DNA of 64,000 bases from an uncultured Candidatus Actinomarina sp. (GTDB lineage Bacteria > Actinomycetota > Acidimicrobiia > Actinomarinales > Actinomarinaceae). Below, in pieces: positions 9,366 to 19,065 of the stretch (positions are counted from its first letter, which is position 1; every line of letters starts with the position of its first letter). The notes beneath the pieces were generated by a model. That model had not been told where the DNA came from. It searched no databases and saw nothing but the letters and a program-made list of their open reading frames with translations. Location: NCBI GenBank assembly GCA_902634185.1, contig CACPJC010000003.1, positions 32,369 to 96,368 on the forward strand, written 5' to 3'. The position numbers were made by a program, and so were the translations under genes.

Positions 9366-9437
9366 GCATAAGCTACTTTTTGATTTTTACCGTATGTTTA
9401 ATTATATTTTTTTAGAATAACAATATGGCATATACTA

Positions 9438-10097
9438 ATGGAATCTAATATTTATAAAATCCGGTATGCTTTGATTGCAGAATTTTTAGGTACATTTGTT
9501 TTAGTTTTTATTGGGTGTGGTTCTATTATCCTTTCAGAAATAATGGAATTCAATAAAATATTTATTCCTATATCTTTTGGAGGATCAATTGCATTTATGG
9601 TTTATATATTAGGTAAATATTCGGGGGCACATTTTAATCCAGGTGTAACAATAGGATTTTTGATTGATAAAAAAATTAAATTAACTGACGCTTTTTTATA
9701 TATTTCAATACAGTTGTTTGGAGCCTTAATTGCATCATACATTCACTTATTAATGTTTGGCTATAACAACTCATTGGGTTTAACTGTTAAAAATACTTCT
9801 GATTTAAATGCTTACTTGTTAGAAATCTTCTTTACATTCTTACTGATGACCGTAATATTTCTTGTTACAAAAAAACAAAACTATTATGATGGAATAGCAA
9901 TTGGTGGGATTGTTGCAATAAGTGCATTCTTGATTGGAGATCTTACTGGTGGTTCATTAAATCCAGCACGTAGTCTTGGACCAATGATTGTAAAAGGAAA
10001 TTTTTTAAGTTTAGATTTATATATACTTGGACCAATAGTTGGAGCATCCTTAGCTTCCCTTATTAAAAAATTTATTGAGCAACTAATCAAAAACTAA
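9438..10097 (+). CDS. MIP-family channel (aquaporin/glycerol facilitator)
   Basis: Six-TM protein with SGAHFNPGVT (NPG variant of the first NPA box) and SLNPARSLGP (second NPA box with ar/R arginine). Confidence 0.85.
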   Translation: MESNIYKIRYALIAEFLGTFVLVFIGCGSIILSEIMEFNKIFIPISFGGSIAFMVYILGKYSGAHFNPGVTIGFLIDKKIKLTDAFLYISIQLFGALIASYIHLLMFGYNNSLGLTVKNTSDLNAYLLEIFFTFLLMTVIFLVTKKQNYYDGIAIGGIVAISAFLIGDLTGGSLNPARSLGPMIVKGNFLSLDLYILGPIVGASLASLIKKFIEQLIKN

Positions 10098-10099
10098 TA

Positions 10100-10894
10100 T
10101 TAGGTAGTTAATCTATCTTTGATTTCTTCCTTTTGAAAATTTTGATTTTTTAATATGATTCTTTTTACTTCTTCAGATTTTGTTGCCAGACAAACTACAT
10201 CTTCTTTAATTAAATCAATTTCATTGCCTTCTAAGTCACTTATTGTTCCTCCAATCTCTTTAAGGATTGGTTCATAAGGTAACCTATCATGAGGAAATGG
10301 TGCATAGAAAACTATTGCATCAAAATCTGAAAATCCAAGGGAAATGATATCTTTACAAAATTGTTGTTTAGTAATGTGGGTATGTAATTTAGAAAAATCA
10401 AAATTAGAAATTGATTTTTCAACATTTATATTTTTTTCTATCATTACTGAAATTTTCTTTGATGAAGAAATATCTAAAGTATGATCAAACGTCGCTCTAA
10501 TTAATTTATTTTTCATTACGGCAACATAGATATCTTGAATTGGACAGATTACAATTCCTGTGTCCAAAATAGTATTTTCGTATGAGGCAATTAAAGTCCC
10601 CCATTCTGGCCTTCTCTGAGAAAAAGCGGTTGTTCCATCAATTGGGTCTATAATCCAAACTCTTGAACTATTTCCTTTTGTAAAACCCAACTCTTCACCA
10701 AATATTGAGTCCTCTGGAAAATAATTGCTTAAAATTTCTCTTATATTCTTTTCAACTAATATATCTACATCTGTAACAATAGAACCATCATCTTTAATGC
10801 GAATATTATATGGTTTGTAAAAGCCATTGAGTGAGGTTTCATTTACCTTTTTTACTAATTCATCAACAAAATTATCAAATTTAAAACTGTACAT
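10100..10894 (-). CDS. Inositol-monophosphatase family phosphatase (SuhB/ImpA/HisN-like)
   Basis: WIIDPIDGTTAF metal-binding motif and overall IMPase-fold length. Confidence 0.75.
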   Translation of the reverse strand: MYSFKFDNFVDELVKKVNETSLNGFYKPYNIRIKDDGSIVTDVDILVEKNIREILSNYFPEDSIFGEELGFTKGNSSRVWIIDPIDGTTAFSQRRPEWGTLIASYENTILDTGIVICPIQDIYVAVMKNKLIRATFDHTLDISSSKKISVMIEKNINVEKSISNFDFSKLHTHITKQQFCKDIISLGFSDFDAIVFYAPFPHDRLPYEPILKEIGGTISDLEGNEIDLIKEDVVCLATKSEEVKRIILKNQNFQKEEIKDRLTT

Positions 10895-10954
10895 AAATTA
10901 ATTCTAAAGTCAAAACCAAGTGAAAAAGTAAAATAAAGAATGCAAAAAGTAAAT

Positions 10955-11836
10955 TTATCTTAAACTTAGTATAAATCCATCCCTAATTCCTAATGGTGAG
11001 ATCTTAATTCTTTCTAAACTTAAAATCTCCAAGATAACATAAATAACATATATTCCTGAATATAAAACTTCTGCTCTATATTTATTAATGTACCCCAGAT
11101 TAATTAATTCATCTAAAGACATCATTTCAATTTTGTTTAAAGAATGAATAATATTTTCACGATTTAATTCATAAAGATATTCTCTATCTAGATTATTTCC
11201 ATTTGTAAAAACCTGGTATAAATTTCTTGCAGAACCTCCACAAAAAATAACATTATTTTTAAAGTACGTACTTTCTAAATTGGCAAATTGTTTTTCTATA
11301 AATTTTTTTGTACTCTTTTTTTCATCTTCAAAGTAAGGAGGGCCTCCAATTATATTTCTAATATCTGACGTACCAAATTTAAAACTTTTCACATTGTAAG
11401 CATTATTATTTCTTACGGTAAATTCAGTACTTCCACCACCAATATCGATAACAAGTTTTTCAGAATCATCGATTAATCTGTGAACAGCTTTATACGAAAA
11501 GGTACCTTCTTGTTCAGGTGTTAAAATTTTGCCATAAAGATTCAATTCAGATTTTAAATCATTAAAGGCATTTAATCCATTTTCAGCTCTTCTAAAAGGA
11601 CTTGTACCTAATATATTCCACTCGATAGACTGGTTAAATTTCTTATTTAAAAGATCAAGAACAGCTTTTAACTCTCTTGATAATTTTGTTATCTTCTTTT
11701 CTCTTAACAATCCATGCTTTGTAATTTCACGTCCAAGCAAAGGCCATAATTTGTCAGAAAATATTAATTCCTCATTCTCATAAATAGCAAACCTTGCTGA
11801 GTTCCCACCAATATCAATTACTCCATCAATAATAAT
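10955..11836 (-). CDS. ppx: Exopolyphosphatase / ppGpp phosphohydrolase (Ppx/GppA family, N-terminal ASKHA domains)
   Basis: The tracked ORF (10955..11740, TTG start) is preceded in frame by IIIDGVIDIGGNSARFAIYENEELIFSDKLWP. That stretch is the conserved Ppx/GppA N-terminal DxGsNS box, so the true start must be upstream. Only ATT codons (11836/11833/11830) follow the in-frame TAA. Confidence 0.7.
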   Translation of the reverse strand: MIIDGVIDIGGNSARFAIYENEELIFSDKLWPLLGREITKHGLLREKKITKLSRELKAVLDLLNKKFNQSIEWNILGTSPFRRAENGLNAFNDLKSELNLYGKILTPEQEGTFSYKAVHRLIDDSEKLVIDIGGGSTEFTVRNNNAYNVKSFKFGTSDIRNIIGGPPYFEDEKKSTKKFIEKQFANLESTYFKNNVIFCGGSARNLYQVFTNGNNLDREYLYELNRENIIHSLNKIEMMSLDELINLGYINKYRAEVLYSGIYVIYVILEILSLERIKISPLGIRDGFILSLR

Positions 11837-11844
11837 TTATCCTT

Positions 11845-12315
11845 TTAAATTTTAAATAGCTTTGCAGATTTTAATTTTCCTTTTTTTATTTTTATCCACC
11901 AATACCCAGCTTTTGGAACCTCAAAATTTTTAACTTCTTTTTTGCTTAATTTATTTTTATTTAAATATTTTGACAAATCGTACATTGTATCTCCATGAGT
12001 TGAAAGGATTACAGTTTTTATCTTCTGCTCAAGTGCAAACTTTAGGGAGGATTCAAACGAACCGTTTTCATTGAGTGAATCTAAAATGTTAATTGGTTGA
12101 GAAGAGTTTTGACTTAATACTCCTACTGTTTCAGTGCATCTAGTTTTAGGAGAAGAAAAAATTAATAATGGAGCAACATCTTTAAATTTTTGTCCAATTT
12201 TATTTGCTTGAAGATTTCCCTTAGCACTTAGCGGTCTTAGAGAATCGTCACCAAACCATCTTTCCCTTTTCCCGGCATGTGCGTGTCTTATAAATATTAT
12301 ATTTTCTAATTCCAT
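11845..12315 (-). CDS. Histidine-phosphatase superfamily protein (SixA-like phosphohistidine phosphatase)
   Basis: IIFIRHAHAG...R... RHG catalytic motif. 156 aa. Sits between ppk and ppx. Confidence 0.7.
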   Translation of the reverse strand: MELENIIFIRHAHAGKRERWFGDDSLRPLSAKGNLQANKIGQKFKDVAPLLIFSSPKTRCTETVGVLSQNSSQPINILDSLNENGSFESSLKFALEQKIKTVILSTHGDTMYDLSKYLNKNKLSKKEVKNFEVPKAGYWWIKIKKGKLKSAKLFKI

Positions 12316-12316
12316 A

Positions 12317-14293
12317 TTATTTGTTTAACTTCTCTTGGATATTGTAGTTTCCATCTAATTTTTTCCATGTTCCATCATTTTTTAACGTCCATGAATACTT
12401 GTCAGACTTTATATATTTTTCTAAGAGACTACTGAGTTTCTTTTTTATTATCGGGCTTTTTATAGGTACTAATACTTCAATTCTATGTCTTAAGTTTCTT
12501 TGCATTAAATCTGCAGACCCTATATATATTTTTTCTATATCTGATTTTCCAAATTTATATATTCTTGAGTGTTCTAAAAAAGGACCAAGTATAGAAATAA
12601 CATTTATATTTTTAATTGGTATGAGACAACAAATTCCCCTTACTATAATATTTATCTGATTACCTGCATTAGCCGCATCATATAATTTTTGTATGATTAA
12701 TGGATCAGTAAGATTATTCAATTTTAAAACAATTTTTCCTTCTTCTCCTAAATCTATTTGTTCTTCAATTAATGAGTTAATATTTTTCTCTAAAGACTCA
12801 GGGGCTACTAGCAACTCATCAAGATTTTCTCTATCAGCATAAGCAGTTAACGAATTAAAAACTATTCCACAATCATTACCAATACTTTTATCAGATGTGA
12901 AAATGCCAATATCCTCATATCCCTTTGATGTTAAAACATTGTAATTACCTGTTCCAAAGTGCATATATGGTACTAATTCATTATTTTCTTCACGAACAAC
13001 TAAAATCATTTTGGTATGAGCTTTATATCTTGGATCTCCATACGTAACATGAACACCTGATTCTTCTAAGTATTCAGCATTCGAGATGTTTTGCTCTTCA
13101 TCGAACCGTGCTCTCAATTCAACTAAAACAGCAACTTGTTTACCTCCTCTCGCTGCACTTGCTAATAGGGATGTTATCTTATCGTTTTCAGCAGTTAAAC
13201 CAGTTCTATATTGTGTCATTTTTATGGCACGTACATATGGATCAAAACATGCTTTTTCTAAAAATCGCAAAACTGTTTTCTCAAATGAATCATAAGGATG
13301 ATGTACCATCACATCATTATTTTTAATAATTTCAAACATATCATTGCTAAATTCAAATTCAGTCTCATGTAATTTCCAACTTGTAGAAAATTCGATATGG
13401 TCTATCAAAGAATTAATTTGAAATCTAGTAAGTGGGTCCTTTAATTCTACTTGAAGGTCATAATCTATTTCTAAATTATTTTTTAAGTATTTTTGAGTTG
13501 TTACTGAAACTCCCTCTTGGATTTCTAATCTTACAATTTTTCCTAATTTTCTATTTTCTAATCCCTCTTTTACAACTTCCAGAAAATTTCGCTTTAAACT
13601 TGCTCTAAATTCTAAATCTGCATCACGAGTTGTTCTAAACCAAAACTTTTCAATAACTGTGTGTGGAAAAAACAGTTTATCAATATAGTGAAGAACCAAT
13701 TCATGTATCCATACAAGTTGTTCCTTATTTAAATTTAAAAATGAACCTAAACTTGCTGGGATTTTTATACGTATAAATTGATTATCTTCAAATTCGTTTT
13801 TGATGACTACGCCGATAGACAATGATAAATCAGAAATGTATGGAAATGGATGTGTAGGGTCTGCAGCCAAGGGAGTAAGGAGGGGTTTTATATTGTTATC
13901 AAAATAATCTTCTAAGATATCAAGCTCAGATTCAGTGAGGTCTTTCATCCTCTTAAAATTTACACCATGCTTTTCTAGATCTTTTACAAAATATTCTTTC
14001 CAAACTGTGTTTCTATTTATCATCTCCTTTTTAGCTTCTTCAAGAATATCTTTAAAATATACAAATGTTTCTTTCGAAATTGAAACATCCAGCTTTTGAT
14101 TAATAGTCTCGTAAACTTTTTCAAGCAATCCAGAAATTCGAATCTGAAAAAACTCATCTAAATTAGAATGTGTTATACCGAATAAAAATAAACGATCCTT
14201 GAAAGGAACACTGCTATCTTTTGATAAAGTTAATACTCTTTTGTTGAACTCTAACCAGGATGATTCACGATCAAGAAGATCTATATCTGTCAT
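12317..14293 (-). CDS. ppk: Polyphosphate kinase 1
   Basis: 658 aa. PPK1 N-terminal, head and two PLD-like C-terminal domains are recognisable (e.g. FRLENRKL-type and HTK... boxes). 4-bp overlap with the upstream kinase gene. Confidence 0.9.
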   Translation of the reverse strand: MTDIDLLDRESSWLEFNKRVLTLSKDSSVPFKDRLFLFGITHSNLDEFFQIRISGLLEKVYETINQKLDVSISKETFVYFKDILEEAKKEMINRNTVWKEYFVKDLEKHGVNFKRMKDLTESELDILEDYFDNNIKPLLTPLAADPTHPFPYISDLSLSIGVVIKNEFEDNQFIRIKIPASLGSFLNLNKEQLVWIHELVLHYIDKLFFPHTVIEKFWFRTTRDADLEFRASLKRNFLEVVKEGLENRKLGKIVRLEIQEGVSVTTQKYLKNNLEIDYDLQVELKDPLTRFQINSLIDHIEFSTSWKLHETEFEFSNDMFEIIKNNDVMVHHPYDSFEKTVLRFLEKACFDPYVRAIKMTQYRTGLTAENDKITSLLASAARGGKQVAVLVELRARFDEEQNISNAEYLEESGVHVTYGDPRYKAHTKMILVVREENNELVPYMHFGTGNYNVLTSKGYEDIGIFTSDKSIGNDCGIVFNSLTAYADRENLDELLVAPESLEKNINSLIEEQIDLGEEGKIVLKLNNLTDPLIIQKLYDAANAGNQINIIVRGICCLIPIKNINVISILGPFLEHSRIYKFGKSDIEKIYIGSADLMQRNLRHRIEVLVPIKSPIIKKKLSSLLEKYIKSDKYSWTLKNDGTWKKLDGNYNIQEKLNK

Positions 14294-14985
14294 ACATTTT
14301 GTTTAAATTTAATTGAAAAAGTAGTGCCCTCACCTAGCAAACTGTCTAGTTCAATTGTCCCGTTATTCCTATCAACTGCATGTTTTACTATTGAAAGACC
14401 GATTCCTGTTCCACCTAAGTTTCTAGACCTGCCTTTATCAATTCTATAGAATCGTTCAAAGATTCTTTCTTGATCTTGTTGAGAGATTCCCTTACCTTTA
14501 TCTATTACTTTGAATAAAACATCTTCATCATCCTTCTTCAAATGAACTTCAATAGGAGTGTCTGGGTCAGAATAAGTAACTGCGTTACGTAATATATTTC
14601 GAACGATTAATGCAAAATCTTCTTGGTCAACATTTATATGAATATTTTCAATGTTTGCATTAAGTCTGGCTTGATCGTTTTCTTTTAAGTATGAAATTTC
14701 CATATTTACTATATTTTCAAGATCAGCAATTTCTAAATTTGGTTCATTTTGCTCAATTTTAGATAAATCAAGTAAATCACTGATAAGGAGTGACATTCGT
14801 TCACTGTTTCTAAGAATTTGTTTAATAAACTTTAATCCATCCTCTGTATTTCCATCATTTATAGCATTTAATGCTGTCTCTGCTGCTAGTTGGATAGACG
14901 TTATCGGAGTTTTCAACTCATGAGATGCATTTGCAACAAAATCTTCTCTTATTTTTTCAATATTTTGTTCTTGATTTTCATTCAT
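14290..14985 (-). CDS. Two-component sensor histidine kinase, core only (HisKA + HATPase_c, no TM or sensor domain)
   Basis: ANASHELKTPITSIQ H-box right at the N-terminus; N, G1 (DKGKGIS) and G2 (GGTGIGLSIV) boxes. Only 231 aa. Confidence 0.8.
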   Translation of the reverse strand: MNENQEQNIEKIREDFVANASHELKTPITSIQLAAETALNAINDGNTEDGLKFIKQILRNSERMSLLISDLLDLSKIEQNEPNLEIADLENIVNMEISYLKENDQARLNANIENIHINVDQEDFALIVRNILRNAVTYSDPDTPIEVHLKKDDEDVLFKVIDKGKGISQQDQERIFERFYRIDKGRSRNLGGTGIGLSIVKHAVDRNNGTIELDSLLGEGTTFSIKFKQNV

Positions 14986-15670
14986 CTTCTACAAGTTTAT
15001 ATCCTACTCCTCTAACAGTTATTAATTTTTTAGGATCTTTTGGATTTTTCTCAATTTTTTCGCGAATTCTTTGTATATGTACATCAAGTGTTTTTGAATT
15101 ACCTATAAACGTATATCCCCATATTTCATCAAATATTTGTTCTCTAGACATTAAATTACCTTTATTCTCACAGAGAGCATAAAGAAGTTCAAATTCTCGA
15201 GGTCTCAAATTAATTTGTTTATCATTAACTTTTGCTTCATATTTACCAATGTCTATCTCAATATTTCCAACTTTTATTGCCTGTGATGATTTTTCATTCT
15301 TAGACATATCTGTCCTTCGTAGCACTGCCCTGACTCTGCTTAATAATTCTCTTACAGAAAATGGCTTTATAACATAATCGTCAGCACCGATTTCAAGTCC
15401 AGCAACTCTATCAGCTTCACTATCTTTAGCAGTAACCATAATTATTGGTATATCTGATGTTTTACGAATCGATCTACATATATCTAAACCAGAAATTTCT
15501 GGAAGCATCAAATCAAGAATAATTAAACTAAACTCTTCTTCCTGGAATAGCTCTAACGCAATAGGTCCTTCATCAACATGAGTTACAGAAAAACCCTCTT
15601 GTTTTAAGTTGTATGATATTGAGTCAGCAATACTATGCTCATCCTCTACTAAAAGGACTTTTTGCTTCAT
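14978..15670 (-). CDS. OmpR/PhoB-family response regulator (RegX3/PhoP-like)
   Basis: Receiver domain (LLVEDE...D...LMLP...K) plus a winged-helix trans_reg_C domain (VHIQRIREKIE...ITVRGVGYKL). Confidence 0.85.
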   Translation of the reverse strand: MKQKVLLVEDEHSIADSISYNLKQEGFSVTHVDEGPIALELFQEEEFSLIILDLMLPEISGLDICRSIRKTSDIPIIMVTAKDSEADRVAGLEIGADDYVIKPFSVRELLSRVRAVLRRTDMSKNEKSSQAIKVGNIEIDIGKYEAKVNDKQINLRPREFELLYALCENKGNLMSREQIFDEIWGYTFIGNSKTLDVHIQRIREKIEKNPKDPKKLITVRGVGYKLVEDE

Positions 15671-16311
15671 TAAAATTCTTTAAACTCTCCGGTAACCAAA
15701 AAGTGTGTGAGCTCACAAATATCAACTGCATGATCTCCACCCCTTTCTAGTGTTCGCATACAGGTAACAAGTCTAAATAATCCATTATACAAATCTTCAT
15801 TGCCAGCAATTTTTGGGGCTTCTTCTAGCATTGAGTTGTATAATCTATTTACTTGACTATCTTTTTCTGACGTTACTAGAGCTAAGTCTTTATCTCTGGT
15901 TTTTAAGCTTTCCATAGCTGATGATGCCATGTCAATTACTATATCTCCCATTTCAACAACTGTTGCATGGATAGACTCTGGTACAGGTGAATCAAAAATC
16001 TCTTTCGTCGTTTTTCCAAGATAGACAGCTAAATCACCAAGACGCTCTAAATGTAAACTGGCTTGTAAAATAGATGTAGAAAGTCTTAAGTCAGTGGCAA
16101 CAAGTTGCTCAGTGGCCATAAGTTCAATCCAGTCCTCATCAATCTTTAGGTAAGATTTATCAATTTCATCATCTTTTTCTATTGTTTCTATAGCTCTATT
16201 GACATCTTTATCCTCTAAAGCTCTTACGCCATCTACTAAAGAATCTAGTACAAGTCTTGCCATTAAATGTAAATCTGTCTCAAGATTGTCAATCTTGTCT
16301 TGTAAACTCAT
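15670..16311 (-). CDS. phoU: Phosphate transport system regulator PhoU
   Basis: 213 aa, two PhoU repeats, adjacent to pstB. Confidence 0.85.
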   Translation of the reverse strand: MSLQDKIDNLETDLHLMARLVLDSLVDGVRALEDKDVNRAIETIEKDDEIDKSYLKIDEDWIELMATEQLVATDLRLSTSILQASLHLERLGDLAVYLGKTTKEIFDSPVPESIHATVVEMGDIVIDMASSAMESLKTRDKDLALVTSEKDSQVNRLYNSMLEEAPKIAGNEDLYNGLFRLVTCMRTLERGGDHAVDICELTHFLVTGEFKEF

Positions 16312-17123
16312 CCAAACCTTCCAGATATATATTGTTCAGTTAATTCCTCATCAGGATTTGTAAACATGGTATTCGTTTCATTGAACTCAACTAATTCTCC
16401 AGTTCTTCTTTTGCCATCATCGGAGGTTTTAGTTGTAAAAAATGCACAATAATCAGAGGCTCTTGAGGCTTGCTGCATATTGTGCGTAACAATAAGAATT
16501 GAAAACTCTTTCACTAACTCTTGCATAAGGTCTTCTATTTTTTTTGTTGCTACAGGGTCTAATGCAGAGCAAGGCTCGTCCATTAAAATTGTATCTGGCT
16601 CAACTGCAATTGTTCTAGCAATACACAATCTTTGTTGCTGACCACCTGATAGCTCTAATGCATTTTTGTTTAAATCATCTTTTACTTCATCCCATAACGC
16701 TGCTTGAGTTAATGCCCTCTCTACTCTTTCATCCATATTGTCAGTCATGTTGTTGACTTTAAGCCCAAAGGTAATATTTTCTTTGATAGTTTTTGGGAAA
16801 GGATTTGGTTTTTGAAAAACCATTCCGATTCTTCTTCTCACTTGCACTGGATCAACCATTTTGTCGTATAAATCAACACCTTGATAATTTATTGTTCCAT
16901 TAACTTTTGCACCCAATATAAGATCATTCATTCTATTAAATGTTCTTATCAAAGTACTCTTTCCACAACCAGATGGGCCAATAAAAGCTGTAATTTTATT
17001 TTTAGAGATATCCATATTTACATTTTTGATAGCTACGAATTCTCCGTAGCTTACGGAGACATCTTTTACATTGAATACATTTTCATTGTTTACTTGAACT
17101 GTTTCTTTAGTTTCCATTCTCAT
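16308..17123 (-). CDS. pstB: Phosphate ABC transporter ATP-binding protein
   Basis: Walker [23 protein letters not shown] signature, and PstB-type length. Confidence 0.9.
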   Translation of the reverse strand: MRMETKETVQVNNENVFNVKDVSVSYGEFVAIKNVNMDISKNKITAFIGPSGCGKSTLIRTFNRMNDLILGAKVNGTINYQGVDLYDKMVDPVQVRRRIGMVFQKPNPFPKTIKENITFGLKVNNMTDNMDERVERALTQAALWDEVKDDLNKNALELSGGQQQRLCIARTIAVEPDTILMDEPCSALDPVATKKIEDLMQELVKEFSILIVTHNMQQASRASDYCAFFTTKTSDDGKRRTGELVEFNETNTMFTNPDEELTEQYISGRFG

Positions 17124-17141
17124 TCTCCTTTATGATTTTCA

Positions 17142-18089
17142 CTAAAAATCTTTCTCATATCTGTTTCTTATAAATATTGCTATTGAATTCATTAATAATA
17201 ATAAACCTAGAAGTAAAATGATTCCAGCGGAAGCTGTCTCCTTCCACTCAGCTTGAGGATAACCAACCCAGTTATAAACTTGAATTGGAATAGCGGTAAA
17301 CCCACTTAAAGGAGTGTCTGGAAAATAATTAACATAAGTCAATGCACCCATAAAAATTAATGGTGCGGTCTCTCCAATTGCTCTTGAGAGCCCAAGGACC
17401 ATTCCAGTAACCATTCCTGGTATTGCAGAGGGAACAACCTGCCTAAAAACTGCTTGAAATTTAGTGGAACCTAGCGCCAATGCACCCTGGCGTATTGTAT
17501 CTGGAACAGCTTTAAGAGCCTCCCTAGATGCTACGATTACAACTGGAAGAATTAATAACGTTAATGTTAAACCTCCTGAAAGTACTGACCTTCCAAATCC
17601 AGCTAAACGAACAAAAACAGCTAATCCTAGTAAACCATAAATAACTGATGGAACTCCAGCCAAGTTTGTTAGATTTAATTCAATAAATCTTGTAAGCCTA
17701 TTTTTTGGAGCAAATTCTTGAAGATATATTGCTGCTCCTGCACCAAAAGGAAATGTTGCAGAAATAACTATTATCATTAACCATAATGTTCCAGCAAAAG
17801 CAGGTCCAATACCAGCTCTATCTGGATATCTTGAGTCTAAAGTTGTTAAAAAATCTCTCGGGTTATCAATTTGTATTTTTGTAATGAGGCCAACCTCGTA
17901 GTCTGATGTCAATCTTGTAGTCCCAGTAGAAAGAACATCATAGATTAAGGTCATCAAAGTTAAAATAGCAATCGTTACACAAATATAAAGAGTGAACAGA
18001 AACAAACTCTCCTTTATTGCATTTTCAGCTTTCTTGCCGGTTATAATTGTTTCGTTACTCATATTCTTTTCTGTACTTTCTAGCGACAT
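17142..18089 (-). CDS. pstA: Phosphate ABC transporter permease PstA
   Basis: Polytopic permease with the EAA-like loop. Its position in the pst operon supports the call. Confidence 0.85.
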   Translation of the reverse strand: MSLESTEKNMSNETIITGKKAENAIKESLFLFTLYICVTIAILTLMTLIYDVLSTGTTRLTSDYEVGLITKIQIDNPRDFLTTLDSRYPDRAGIGPAFAGTLWLMIIVISATFPFGAGAAIYLQEFAPKNRLTRFIELNLTNLAGVPSVIYGLLGLAVFVRLAGFGRSVLSGGLTLTLLILPVVIVASREALKAVPDTIRQGALALGSTKFQAVFRQVVPSAIPGMVTGMVLGLSRAIGETAPLIFMGALTYVNYFPDTPLSGFTAIPIQVYNWVGYPQAEWKETASAGIILLLGLLLLMNSIAIFIRNRYEKDF

Positions 18090-18972
18090 AATCAGAAGCT
18101 ATATTCAAAATAAAAGTCATAATAAATAAAGTTATTCCAAGTGCGAATAAAGCATTATAAGCAGTGGTGCCATGAGGTGTATCACCAAGGGATACGTTTA
18201 CTATTGAGGAAGTGATCGTATACATTGCACTCCTAGGATCTAAATTTAATTCAGGATACTGCCCACCTGCAATAGTCACAATCATTGTTTCACCTATGGC
18301 TCTTGAAAAACCTAATATAAATGAAGCAATAATTCCAGATATTGCTGCAGGGAACATAATTTTAAGTGCTGTGATCCTCCTGGTAGAGCCAAGAGCTAAG
18401 GATCCATTCCTTAGAGAGTTTGGTACTGCATTAAGGGCATCATCAGAGATTGATGCAATTGTAGGTATTATCATTATTCCTACTGCAATACCTGCGGACA
18501 GAGCATTGAATACACCGGTACCTGGAATAAATCTTTGAATTATATTTGGCGTAATCCAGTTAAGTGCAAAATAACCAAATACCACTGTAGGAACTCCAGC
18601 CAAAACTTCTAAAACTGGTTTGATAACTTTTCTTGTTCTTTTTGTGGCAAACTCAGATAGGTAAATTGCAGAAAACAAACCTAATGGAAAAGAAATAAGA
18701 CACGCAATAACCGCAATATAAAGAGTTGAAGAGATTAAAACAATAACACCGTACTCAGGATTTTGAAACGTAGGTGTCCACCTAGTTGCAGTAAAATAGC
18801 CCTTTAAAGTTACAGCTGGATCTTGAAAAAAGTTAATGGCTTCAGTTAGTAAGGTAAAAACAATTGAAATTGATATTAGTATTGCTGCAAAAGCAGAGAC
18901 AGTTATAAAAAATTTTACTACTTTTTCAAAAGGTTTTATTGAGGTTTGAGATAATTCAGATAGTAGACTCAT
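18055..18972 (-). CDS. pstC: Phosphate ABC transporter permease PstC
   Basis: Polytopic permease. Position in the operon supports the call. Confidence 0.85.
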   Translation of the reverse strand: MSLLSELSQTSIKPFEKVVKFFITVSAFAAILISISIVFTLLTEAINFFQDPAVTLKGYFTATRWTPTFQNPEYGVIVLISSTLYIAVIACLISFPLGLFSAIYLSEFATKRTRKVIKPVLEVLAGVPTVVFGYFALNWITPNIIQRFIPGTGVFNALSAGIAVGIMIIPTIASISDDALNAVPNSLRNGSLALGSTRRITALKIMFPAAISGIIASFILGFSRAIGETMIVTIAGGQYPELNLDPRSAMYTITSSIVNVSLGDTPHGTTAYNALFALGITLFIMTFILNIASDYVARKYRKEYE

Positions 18973-19015
18973 ATTTTGCTTTTTATTCTTTCTTTAACTT
19001 CTTCTTTAATTGTAG

Positions 19016-19044
19016 TTTGTGAGGGCCAATTAGGCCCTCACAAA
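19016..19044 (-). other. Perfect 12-bp GC-rich inverted repeat (TTTGTGAGGGCC-AATTA-GGCCCTCACAAA) between pstS and pstC; candidate intra-operon attenuator or mRNA-stabilising hairpin
   Basis: Seen directly in the sequence. There is no U-tract on the transcribed side, so it is not a canonical intrinsic terminator. Confidence 0.5.
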
Positions 19045-19065
19045 TTTACAAATAATTGAGGAGTT

